Origin: Candidatus Heimdallarchaeota archaeon
GTDB lineage: Archaea > Asgardarchaeota > Heimdallarchaeia > Heimdallarchaeales > Kariarchaeaceae
Length of the DNA stretch: 32,000 nt
Assembly (NCBI GenBank): GCA_030149205.1
Contig: JASBSB010000004.1
Location: 90,001-122,000, forward strand
Direction of reading: 5' to 3'
Made by a program: the position numbers and the translations under genes. Shown one piece after another: positions 1 through 8,136 of this stretch. Within the stretch, counting starts at the first letter, position 1; each line of letters opens with the position of its first letter. Under the pieces are notes generated by a model. The model ran no database searches. It was not told the origin of the DNA and was given only the letters and a program-made list of their open reading frames with translations.

Positions 1-2
1 TT

Positions 3-560
3 CATTGGTTGGCAACTAAGCTCAAAATGTATTATTTCTTTGGACCTGAAACAAGTGATCAGATCTATGGGGTGTCATTGCTCTCGAAATTTCCAATCTC
101 CTCTGCTGAGGTTATCCCACTCCCAAACCAAGAATCCATTGAAAGGGTTTTGGTAAGAGCAACATTAGCCATAGGAACCAAAAATGTCCAGGTCATGATC
201 ACCCATCTTCAGACAAGTTCATACAAGCTAGACCAAAGATTACAGGTACAAAAAATAATTTCTGAGATCGGGACGACACCCACGCTACTTTTAGGTGACT
301 TTAACACACGCTCAGACCTGAACGATGAGGCATACACCATGCTTAATGCAAGGTATGATGACGCATTTGAGATGGCAGGTAACAACCCCAACTCATCCTT
401 AGGATTTAGCTCACCAGCTGGGAATCCCTCTCACAGAGTGGACTACATTTGGTTGACAAGAGGCCATTGGCTTGTTAAGTCAGATTCTGTCAAAACAGCA
501 GGAAATGAGTTTGTTTCAGATCATCTTGCTGTGTATGGCTTGATAAAGATCAATTTTTAA
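3..560 (+). CDS. Endonuclease/exonuclease/phosphatase (EEP) family protein, C-terminal part (5'-truncated by the window edge)
   Basis: The frame is open back to position 3 (HWLATKLKMYYFFGP...). EEP motifs are present: GVSLLSKFPI, ITHL, LLGDFN, RVDYIW, SDHLAV. Confidence 0.9.
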   Translation, partial: HWLATKLKMYYFFGPETSDQIYGVSLLSKFPISSAEVIPLPNQESIERVLVRATLAIGTKNVQVMITHLQTSSYKLDQRLQVQKIISEIGTTPTLLLGDFNTRSDLNDEAYTMLNARYDDAFEMAGNNPNSSLGFSSPAGNPSHRVDYIWLTRGHWLVKSDSVKTAGNEFVSDHLAVYGLIKINF

Positions 561-596
561 AATTTTTAAGGGTGTTTTTAAGAGAAACCCGCAGCT

Positions 597-1202
597 TTAA
601 AATAGGTCATTTTTACGATGCTTTGGACAAACTGGACTTCTGTACTCAACGGTTCCAGCCCCTAAGGTTATTTCATATATATTTAACATTCTTGTCTTCT
701 TTCCACAGAAATGACAATAAAAATGATCCTGAGTGATCTCAGTCCTGGTTGGAAACCTATAGAATCGGTTATGAATCCTTCTCTTTTCGTTTTGCCAATT
801 TGAGGTTAACTCCATCCCAAACTGAGTGTTCTTTGGTCTGTCTCCTGTTTTCGATGTGATATAATACCAGAGAATGAGGTCAAACAACTGAACAAGTTTT
901 TGTGTTGGTATCAATCTTACAGCATTGATCTTGATTATGAACTCCTCAAGGTTTATCTGCACATCTACACGGTTCATCGTATCATATTTAGTTTCCATAT
1001 ATTTTTTATCTATTGAGGACATTGCTTGAGCAAGCTTCTCAACCAAATTATACAATATCTTCTGCTTTCTGAGTTGTGAGGTTTTAAACACAATATACAA
1101 CTCATTGGACTCAACCCGAATCAGCTTTTCTTTGATAGTTAGATTGAAGCTTTGAGCAAATACCTTCATTAATTCAATTGGGTATTGCAGTTGAAGTTTC
1201 AT
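597..1202 (-). CDS. Hypothetical protein with a C-terminal CxxC...CxxH putative zinc finger
   Basis: 201-aa ORF with an ATG start. It contains CHFCGKK and VCPKH near the C-terminus. An AT-rich TATA-like tract lies just upstream. Confidence 0.7.
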   Translation of the reverse strand: MKLQLQYPIELMKVFAQSFNLTIKEKLIRVESNELYIVFKTSQLRKQKILYNLVEKLAQAMSSIDKKYMETKYDTMNRVDVQINLEEFIIKINAVRLIPTQKLVQLFDLILWYYITSKTGDRPKNTQFGMELTSNWQNEKRRIHNRFYRFPTRTEITQDHFYCHFCGKKTRMLNIYEITLGAGTVEYRSPVCPKHRKNDLF

Positions 1203-1420
1203 CTTATACTATATAATATACTTTCTCCTTTATAAAGCTCTTCAGACTGGCATAAAAGTGAATATTTATTTGCTTTTCCTTCATCTTTTTAAATCTTTGA
1301 TTTGGTCAGAATAAACTGAAAGTTTTGTGCATCAGGGTTAGTTATGTATTTCTTATTGATATTCACCACAGCAAGGACTTCAACCTATAAGGTTATCTAA
1401 GGACTGAACTTTGGACACAA

Positions 1421-2353
1421 GTGGTAGTCTCTGCAGCAGTCTTTGCACTTGTCAGTGTTGTGATCTTCAGTGTTACCTCAGTTTACACCAAATTTCTTAT
1501 CCCACAGCTTGGTGGTCCCTACAAATTTCTTGCCACTCAACTTACAATAGGTGGGGTATTCACAACAGCTATCCTGCTCTTTTCAGGTGATACAATACCT
1601 CAAGACCTGCTCCACTCACAGTCTGTTCAATTGGAATTTCTGATATCATCACTGTTTGCCTTCTTTGGTTTTCTAACCCTGATGCAGGGCTTTGCAAAGG
1701 GAAATGCCTCTGTGGGTGGAATCTTTATCTCCTCCAGATTGATCATCAGTATTCCCACTGCCTTCATTTTCCTTGGAGAAAAATTCCCACCTTATATCTA
1801 TCTTTTTATTTTTGTCACTTTTATTGGTGCCATCATAGTCTCATGGGATGAAAGCCTATCATTAGGGGACGTACTCTTCTTTCGTGCAAAGGGTGTAAAA
1901 TGGTTTCTCATGACAATGATCTTCTGGGCACTATCGAATGTATTTATTCGTAAACTTAGCCCCTCTTTGTCCACAGTACAGTTCATTGCTTACAGACAGT
2001 TAGTTATGATAGCTCTGGTTTGGATCTTTTGGGTAAAGTTCCATGCATACTTCGACCCTGAAGATAAAAAGGTCACCCTCACGAAGGTTAGAAACGTTGT
2101 GCTTTATCTCTTAATGACATTGACTGCCCAGTTTCTCTTTGTCTATGCCCTTCAACAATCATTGACACTCTCTGAGGGGATTGGGGTCTTTGAAGGAGTA
2201 TCAACATTTCTTGTCAGCCTGCTCTTTGCCAAATTCTATGGCAATGAGGTCTTACAAGAACAGCTAAGCAAGCGTGGGCTTATTATTCGGAGTGTTGGAG
2301 TTGTCCTCGCAACGTCTGGAACCCTTCTGATTATTCTTACTCAACAGTTTTGA
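1421..2353 (+). CDS. EamA/DMT family transporter
   Basis: 310 aa with about 10 hydrophobic helices in two repeats. The first repeat has the DMT-type signature GFAKGNASVGGIFISSRLIISIPTAFIFLGEK. Confidence 0.8.
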   Translation: MVVSAAVFALVSVVIFSVTSVYTKFLIPQLGGPYKFLATQLTIGGVFTTAILLFSGDTIPQDLLHSQSVQLEFLISSLFAFFGFLTLMQGFAKGNASVGGIFISSRLIISIPTAFIFLGEKFPPYIYLFIFVTFIGAIIVSWDESLSLGDVLFFRAKGVKWFLMTMIFWALSNVFIRKLSPSLSTVQFIAYRQLVMIALVWIFWVKFHAYFDPEDKKVTLTKVRNVVLYLLMTLTAQFLFVYALQQSLTLSEGIGVFEGVSTFLVSLLFAKFYGNEVLQEQLSKRGLIIRSVGVVLATSGTLLIILTQQF

Positions 2354-2428
2354 CTTGGATTAGAGGATCCAAGGAATACCTGCCCTGATTATACAGCAGT
2401 TTAAATACTACATTTTGAATTCTGCCTG

Positions 2429-2776
2429 ATGAGACTCTCTCTCACATTTTCAAAAGAGTTCTGGGAGTTTGTCAAAGACTGTGCAGAGAGCCCAGAGCTG
2501 ATCAATCAGGAAGATGAGCTGCCTGTGTTTATTGAAAAGATGATCATCTTCTCATTCGGTCACTTTCACCCTATTCCACCCCATATAATCTATAATGCCC
2601 CTGCAATTCTTCCTGATACCAAATTTCTGCTGACCGATTATTACATAAACAAAGAGACCATAGATTCGTACAAACGCGAGTCCAAAGCCCATGAGTCAGT
2701 TGATATGTTTATTATGAGACGCGTCTATGAGAACTGGGAGGAGCTGACCACAATATTTTATGAGGTACTCAGATAA
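2429..2776 (+). CDS. Hypothetical soluble protein
   Basis: 115-aa ATG-initiated ORF with protein-like composition. No family recognised. Confidence 0.55.
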   Translation: MRLSLTFSKEFWEFVKDCAESPELINQEDELPVFIEKMIIFSFGHFHPIPPHIIYNAPAILPDTKFLLTDYYINKETIDSYKRESKAHESVDMFIMRRVYENWEELTTIFYEVLR

Positions 2777-2827
2777 CTATTCAGAGAATTATTCAATAAT
2801 CATTCAGTAATTATTCAGACAACTATT
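2771..2827. repeat. Five degenerate 11-12 bp tandem repeats (approximate consensus AGA-AAYTATTC)
   Basis: Units read directly: agataactattc / agagaattattc / aataatcattc / agtaattattc / agacaactatt. Confidence 0.7.
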
Positions 2828-2849
2828 GCGTATAGCGGGGCTTAAACGC

Positions 2850-2857
2850 AAAAAAAA
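2850..2857 (-). terminator. Candidate archaeal oligo(T) terminator for the DinB-family gene
   Basis: A8 on the + strand (T8 on the - strand), about 55 nt downstream of the stop at 2911. Confidence 0.45.
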
Positions 2858-2910
2858 CTGTTGATGCAAAGCTGCAAAACTTAGGATCCAAAAACTGAGA
2901 CACGATGAAC

Positions 2911-3420
2911 TTAAAGTCGTGATTTACCAACCCACTTGGCAGGTTCCAAACCATTTGCTTTCAGTCTCTGATTCAAGATAGCTGTATGCTCCATGATATG
3001 CCTGATGTTGTAAATAATGAGCTCAAACTTGGAAAAGGATAGCCAGGTAAAATTACATGGCTCCTCAAACTGTGAGGCTATATCATTCTCAAAGTATAAT
3101 CTGAACTTTTCGCGAATGATCTTCAAAAATTCAAGCAATTCTGATTTAGGTACAATTTCCTCTGGCTTTTTATCGAAGAACCCCTTTCCCACATGCTTTT
3201 TCAAGCCATCAGGTAAGGAGTACTCTGTGTTTGGATCATCGAACTCAAAAGTAGAGAGATAAAAGTCCATAGAGTTTGTAATATGGAAGGCATGCTGCCA
3301 AAAGGGGGGTACACCGTCGGTCCAGACATGCTCATTAGCATTTTCAACTGCCTTGGTCAACATGTCAAGAGATGAGGCAAGTTGTGTATCAAGTGCTGTA
3401 ACTAGATTTTGAGGATCCAT
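2911..3420 (-). CDS. DinB/YfiT-family protein
   Basis: PFWQHAFH and IYNIRHIMEH give the three-His DinB pattern. The ATG at 3420 is preferred over the track's TTG at 3435. Confidence 0.8.
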   Translation of the reverse strand: MDPQNLVTALDTQLASSLDMLTKAVENANEHVWTDGVPPFWQHAFHITNSMDFYLSTFEFDDPNTEYSLPDGLKKHVGKGFFDKKPEEIVPKSELLEFLKIIREKFRLYFENDIASQFEEPCNFTWLSFSKFELIIYNIRHIMEHTAILNQRLKANGLEPAKWVGKSRL

Positions 3421-3944
3421 ATTGAGATTCTGCAAAGGGCATATAAGAAGATTATCAGAGTCAATCGGATTGCAAGCAATTGATGGAATAAATCGCTTAT
3501 TGCATATTTCGTATAAATATAGAGATGGTAAGATGCAAGAAAGGTAAAGAATGTGAGTAAGATATTAATAGATAGAAAAGGTGACAATATTAATTGCCAG
3601 ACAGAAAACCCCAACTTTAAGTATTAGACCTCCGTAGTTAATTTCGCTTTTGGGATGGATATCCGGAATTATTAGATTTCTCTTTAAATTTCAAAATTTC
3701 GTTCTTAAAACTCAGTTTGCGACATCTAAAATTTTTTTTATTCATTGATTTTAAATTTTAGAGTGTTGAAAATAATCTCTGTCAATCTAGATTCGGGAGG
3801 TTAGGCATGTTTTTGATAGTCTCTATAGACTATAGTAATCTATAACAATATGGACTCAGATAGCTTACTTCCCTTTTATCAAGATACTAAATTTTTATTT
3901 ATAGTACTAAAAGATTATAATTTATTCTTGACAATCATTAATAT

Positions 3945-4067
3945 ATGCAGGAAAAACCATCAGTTTATGAAATGGGACTAATAAAGTACCTGTATTGTAT
4001 CTCTTTGACTGAGTACCACTTCCTCAATACATATCTATGGGCAGATGCTCAAACTAAGGTGACCTGA
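3945..4067 (+). CDS. Possible 40-aa small ORF (MQEKPSVYEMGLIKYLYCISLTEYHFLNTYLWADAQTKVT), not in the ORF track
   Basis: The ATG at 3945 lies 24 nt after TTATAA (3915-3920). The TGA ends 1 nt before the TTG of the next gene. Confidence 0.3.
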   Translation: MQEKPSVYEMGLIKYLYCISLTEYHFLNTYLWADAQTKVT

Positions 4068-4068
4068 T

Positions 4069-4596
4069 TTGAGTATTGGTCAAATTGCGGGAATAATCTA
4101 TTTTACATTTTGGTCTGTGTTTGTCTTCTACCTCTTAACCTATGTAAAATTCCAATTGTCCAGCCTTTTCAGACTTCAAGACACGAGGTCTTTCCTAGAA
4201 TCATATTTAACTTTAAAACGAAGAAATGGTAGATCTTTTGCTTATATCAACTTTTCTGCAAATCTGCTATTTGGGTTTATAGGTTTTTTTATACTATTTG
4301 GAAGAATCATTGAGCTATTTTACAACCTCTATTATTACATTCTGATGTTTGGGGTGACAGTGATTTCACTCATGGCTGTTGAAAGCAGACTTCCCTTAAG
4401 CGCAGACACTCGTGAATATATCATGAGTCAACGTGTTCCTGTAATCTCCCTTTTCTCCCTTTTTTTCACCAGGAATGGTGAAAAGTTAAAATACAGGGCG
4501 GATGTATGGAAGCTCATTCCAATCAAAGAATTAATTGGGTATTATAGCCTTGCAATTTTAGGGTTAATTTTTTATCAATTGTTTTATATCCCTTGA
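4069..4596 (+). CDS. Multi-pass membrane protein, candidate orphan immunity protein
   Basis: 175 aa with about 4 hydrophobic helices. It is preceded by AGGTGACCT (4057-4065), the same SD-containing 9-mer at the same spacing as before the 5902 gene. Confidence 0.65.
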   Translation: MSIGQIAGIIYFTFWSVFVFYLLTYVKFQLSSLFRLQDTRSFLESYLTLKRRNGRSFAYINFSANLLFGFIGFFILFGRIIELFYNLYYYILMFGVTVISLMAVESRLPLSADTREYIMSQRVPVISLFSLFFTRNGEKLKYRADVWKLIPIKELIGYYSLAILGLIFYQLFYIP

Positions 4597-4652
4597 GGAA
4601 AGTTGATTTTTATCTAGATTCATCATACGGGGATGGGGGGAAAAAAAAAATT

Positions 4653-4778
4653 ATTCTGGTAAAAAATGTTATAGTTCAGACATACAGGGTGGCTTACAAG
4701 TAGTTTTTGAGACTTAGGATAATAAAGAAAGATAAGATTTTTTGTTAAGATATGATTTTTGTGCGATAAACTTAAATG
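4653..4778 (+). repeat. Copy 1 of a 126-bp direct repeat ending at the ATG of the 4776 gene
   Basis: Aligns without gaps to 7634-7759, with 15 mismatches counted by hand (111/126). Confidence 0.95.
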
Positions 4779-5891
4779 AGATTGATAGATAACAGATATG
4801 TGTATCTTTGCCTTCATCAGGATTCATTTACAATTAATACAGGTTACAAATACGCTATTTACATCTATTCTCAGACCATCAAGGACGGCGTCACCGTAGA
4901 TGGGGTGAAAGCAGCCGGGGAGTTCATCGCCACCAACATCATCAGACCCATAGTGGAGGGCTTGGCAACCGTGTTTCGAAGCATCCTCACCGCTATGTTT
5001 CTCACACTTGGTGAGACCTCGTCAGGATACCAGACGACGAAAACAGCCACTGGATTTATCTTTAAATCATTTATTGACAATAAGGAGGTAAGTGTATCAG
5101 TGACTGTGGACAGCTCAAATCAACTAATGTTTACTGTTGGTATCAAATCATTCACTATAGATTTGTTTAAGCTCATATTAAATTCAATAATACCTTTTGA
5201 AACCCTTTCTCCCGAAAGTGCGATTAATGGTATAATAACAGCCACAGTTTTCGAGAACATTTTTACAAATATCGCATTTGTTGCTATGGATAAATCTAAA
5301 GAAGCTGGTGCCGGATCAATGGGAATAGGAGCGGCGGTTGCCTTAACAATTTCATTAATGTCAATGTTATATGGTTCAGCAACATTTTTAGGAAATTTTT
5401 TAGCTCGATGGCACAATAGAAATAAATTCAGTGGAGAGGAATTAAAACAATATGATCATCTATTTAAGTCATGGATTTCTTTATATAAGGTTACACTCAC
5501 ACTCTCAATAACCTTATATTATTTGGGTAGAAATTTATATAAACTCCGCAACATTATGAAACAGGAAGGCCAAACTTTGACTTCAAGTATTTCTAAAGTT
5601 TTAAAAGAAAACTTTGAAATTCAAGGCTACACAAGTCCTGCAATTGCGTCAGGTTTATTTTTTGTAGCATTAAGTACAATAGTTATGGATTTTACGGAAG
5701 TCATATTACTTCAACCAACAATGACGATGTGGATAGCTTTCTTAATCGTATTAGCTTCAGAAATAACTACATACGGTCTTCTTGATTTGGGGAAAACTCC
5801 TCTGTATAACTTAAAAATTTTTATATCTGCAATTGTATTTCCAAATACCTTATATAGGTTAGAGTTACTTATTTTGGATAATTTTGTATAG
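4776..5891 (+). CDS. Cassette protein A: shared N-terminal module plus hydrophobic variable C-terminus (candidate polymorphic membrane toxin)
   Basis: 371 aa. The N-terminus RYVYLCLHQ...QTIKDGVTVDGVKAAGEFI is shared with the 7757 and 8935 ORFs. Several hydrophobic, Gly/Ala-rich helices follow. Confidence 0.75.
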   Translation: MRLIDNRYVYLCLHQDSFTINTGYKYAIYIYSQTIKDGVTVDGVKAAGEFIATNIIRPIVEGLATVFRSILTAMFLTLGETSSGYQTTKTATGFIFKSFIDNKEVSVSVTVDSSNQLMFTVGIKSFTIDLFKLILNSIIPFETLSPESAINGIITATVFENIFTNIAFVAMDKSKEAGAGSMGIGAAVALTISLMSMLYGSATFLGNFLARWHNRNKFSGEELKQYDHLFKSWISLYKVTLTLSITLYYLGRNLYKLRNIMKQEGQTLTSSISKVLKENFEIQGYTSPAIASGLFFVALSTIVMDFTEVILLQPTMTMWIAFLIVLASEITTYGLLDLGKTPLYNLKIFISAIVFPNTLYRLELLILDNFV

Positions 5892-5901
5892 GTGACCTAT
5901 T

Positions 5902-6714
5902 ATGAAACTTATTTCAATTCTTGGTTTAAATTTTTTCCTAAGACAATCCTTAGTTTTAACTCTGCTAAGTTTTTTGATCTTTACTCATTTCATAGCTTAT
6001 CCAGTTAAAATTTACTATTTTTACGAAATTTTAACATTTTCGGGTATCTATTTAATGAGTGTAATGTTTTCAATTATTGGTCAATACCAACTCAAAGATA
6101 CTAACCATGGAATAATTTTTGTTAATAAAGAAAGGTGGAAAGTCTTGACACCTATGATGATTTTTTGGTTTGTTTTAATATTTAATGTGTTTTCAAACAT
6201 GATGTATCAGGCAAATACAATATTCCGACACCTTTTTGCTATAATGACTTTTTTTTTACTATTGCATTATTTTGAAACCGTCATTGAAGGGTCACTATAT
6301 CCTCAGTTAATTAAAGAAAGCAGATCCAAATCAGCAACAAAAGTTAACCGTTTCTTGTTCTTATTGAGGTTCTCACTAATTTTTACTATATTTGCATTGA
6401 TTCTTACAAAAAATTCTATTGAGATTCTCCTTATTATTACTACTGTATTATTTGGGGGTTCACTGGTGTCAAGTGCCTTGTTTAACTTAAAAACAAAGTC
6501 CTCCTTAAAAATAACTATCGAGGTGATTCATGCAATTTTCCTCATGGACTTCCTTCTAGTTTTTATCGATTACCTGATTAGTCCTGATTCTAATATATTT
6601 ATATTGGGATTAACTTTTCTTCAGTTGATATTTATATATTTATTAAGTGAACTTCCATACTTATATCAAGTTCCTCAATTGATTTTACAATCATTCATAA
6701 TAAATGATAAATGA
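5902..6714 (+). CDS. Multi-pass membrane protein (candidate immunity partner of A)
   Basis: 270 aa, about 7-8 TM helices, very AT-rich. It starts 10 nt after the stop of A, with a GGTGA SD. Confidence 0.75.
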   Translation: MKLISILGLNFFLRQSLVLTLLSFLIFTHFIAYPVKIYYFYEILTFSGIYLMSVMFSIIGQYQLKDTNHGIIFVNKERWKVLTPMMIFWFVLIFNVFSNMMYQANTIFRHLFAIMTFFLLLHYFETVIEGSLYPQLIKESRSKSATKVNRFLFLLRFSLIFTIFALILTKNSIEILLIITTVLFGGSLVSSALFNLKTKSSLKITIEVIHAIFLMDFLLVFIDYLISPDSNIFILGLTFLQLIFIYLLSELPYLYQVPQLILQSFIINDK

Positions 6715-6925
6715 GGGTGGCATCCTAGCAATACTCTTGACTCTGACACCTTATGTTGGATCACTTGCATATCTCATCTCAGAGGCAGTGGGTTCTGCTG
6801 GTTTAACGGCATTAAAGGCAATCTATAAAACATATCAGATGGGAACTGTATTAATGGTAGCAAGTATAACACATCTGATACTTGCCTCTCTCTTTGCTTT
6901 AAAAGGTGGGAATAGGTTCTTGTGA
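6704..6925 (+). CDS. 73-aa hydrophobic ORF, candidate orphan C-terminal tip (cassette B)
   Basis: It overlaps the previous stop, and its TGA overlaps the next GTG (GTGA coupling). It has two hydrophobic Gly/Ala-rich helices. Confidence 0.5.
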   Translation: MINEGGILAILLTLTPYVGSLAYLISEAVGSAGLTALKAIYKTYQMGTVLMVASITHLILASLFALKGGNRFL

Positions 6926-7545
6926 ATAGGCTGGTGAATAACATGAAGCTTAAAAATAGATTTAAACTGGATGATGCTGTATATTTGATCACACTTCTAT
7001 CAGTCCTTATCTTGCTTTATTCTCGCTTGATTGATAAAATAGGACTTATCGTAACAGCTCTAGCAGTGTTCCTTTATCCCCAGCGTTTCTTTGTGATAGC
7101 TATTTATCAACTATTCAGGGAACATAGAACCAAAAAATTAGTCTATAACCTTTTGGGACTAATACTAATTTTTTCTGCCCTATCACTCTTACTAACTATT
7201 TCTGTTAAAACAAACTCGTTTTTGATCTTAACCCTCACATTCTGTAGTTTTTATGTCCTAAAGGCAATTTTTTTCTACAGGGTTTATGATAGAGACCTCA
7301 AAGATAGGAAATACCGTAAAACAGTTACAGGGGCGGTATTCAGGGTATCCACACCGTATTATTTTCTTGTGTTCTTTTTAGTAGCAGTGATTCTTCAGCC
7401 TGTGAGTCCTTTAGATCCCAGTGGATTCACATTTTTGATGCTTGTAATGGTCATTTCAATTTTCTTTAATGGCTTCTGTAATTGCGATGATATCGATCAT
7501 GAACTAAAGAGCATTTGGCCAAAAGGTATCCCAACTTGTTGTTAG
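6922..7545 (+). CDS. Multi-pass membrane protein (candidate immunity partner of B)
   Basis: 207 aa with about 6 TM helices and basic loops. It is coupled to the 73-aa ORF. Confidence 0.7.
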   Translation: MNRLVNNMKLKNRFKLDDAVYLITLLSVLILLYSRLIDKIGLIVTALAVFLYPQRFFVIAIYQLFREHRTKKLVYNLLGLILIFSALSLLLTISVKTNSFLILTLTFCSFYVLKAIFFYRVYDRDLKDRKYRKTVTGAVFRVSTPYYFLVFFLVAVILQPVSPLDPSGFTFLMLVMVISIFFNGFCNCDDIDHELKSIWPKGIPTCC

Positions 7546-7633
7546 GCAAGCTGTATATGTACGTTGAAAAATATTAATTTCTATAACCGATGTATGATTA
7601 GGGTCGAAGAAGTAAATTGATGTGATAACATTA

Positions 7634-7759
7634 ATTCTGGTAAGAAATGTTATAGTTCAGACATACAGAGTGAATTACAAGTAGTTTTTGAGATTGAGGA
7701 TAATAAAGCAAGATTAGAAGCTATGTTAAGAGATAAATTTTGTGCGATAAACTTAAATG
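7634..7759 (+). repeat. Copy 2 of the 126-bp direct repeat, ending at the ATG of the 7757 gene
   Basis: Offset 2981 from copy 1. Similarity resumes in the coding region at tatgtgta..ttgccttcatcagga. Confidence 0.95.
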
Positions 7760-8131
7760 GTTTTAATGTATATCAGGTATGTGTACCCTTGCCTTCATCA
7801 GGAATCTTATGAAACTGGAACACACAGCGACTTCATTGTCAGGTCTATCAACCAACAGACCATCAGGGACGGCGTCACAGTCTACGAGGTGAGGTATGCT
7901 GGAGAGTTTATCGTCAACATACCCATGCCTATTGCAGAAGAAATGATGAATGTGTATCGCTCAGCAATACTTGGTCTGCTACAGATTGTTGAAACAATAA
8001 TTTCAGTAAGTGTGACTGTGGATTCCTCAGGGAATATCTTGATTCAGTCTAATACATACATGATGTTTTACACATTTTACCATGTTGTTTTAGCAGTGGT
8101 ATATGCTTTGATAGAAAACCAACCATTTTAG
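7757..8131 (+). CDS. Cassette protein C: short, internally deleted paralog of A
   Basis: 124 aa. It shares RYVYxCLHQ, QTIxDGVTV, AGEFI and SVSVTVDSS with A. It lacks about 20 aa between these blocks and nearly all of the C-terminal region. Confidence 0.7.
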   Translation: MVLMYIRYVYPCLHQESYETGTHSDFIVRSINQQTIRDGVTVYEVRYAGEFIVNIPMPIAEEMMNVYRSAILGLLQIVETIISVSVTVDSSGNILIQSNTYMMFYTFYHVVLAVVYALIENQPF

Positions 8132-8136
8132 GGGGC

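Noticed and set aside
2828-2849. GC hairpin as a bacterial intrinsic terminator
   Set aside because: The stem is imperfect, and the T-run precedes rather than follows it on the strand where it reads T.
3402-3614. 70-aa hydrophobic reverse-strand ORF
   Set aside because: It overlaps the DinB start in another frame, has a TTG-type start and has composition typical of AT-rich intergenic DNA.
4623-4817. 64-aa reverse-strand ORF across repeat copy 1
   Set aside because: The same frame in copy 2 hits TAA after 11 codons, so it is not conserved. It is also antisense to cassette A.
4653-7759. The repeats as integron attC sites or CRISPR repeats
   Set aside because: I could not find convincing RYYYAAC/GTTRRRY ends with a paired stem. 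The element sits before only two of the cassettes. No integrase, cas gene or repeat-spacer periodicity is present. It is not excluded without a covariance-model search.
7621-7810. Open forward frame through repeat copy 2 (CDNINSGKKCYSSDIQSELQVVF...)
   Set aside because: It has no upstream start codon and is preceded by TGA. Copy 1 has two stops in this frame and the differences are mostly non-synonymous.
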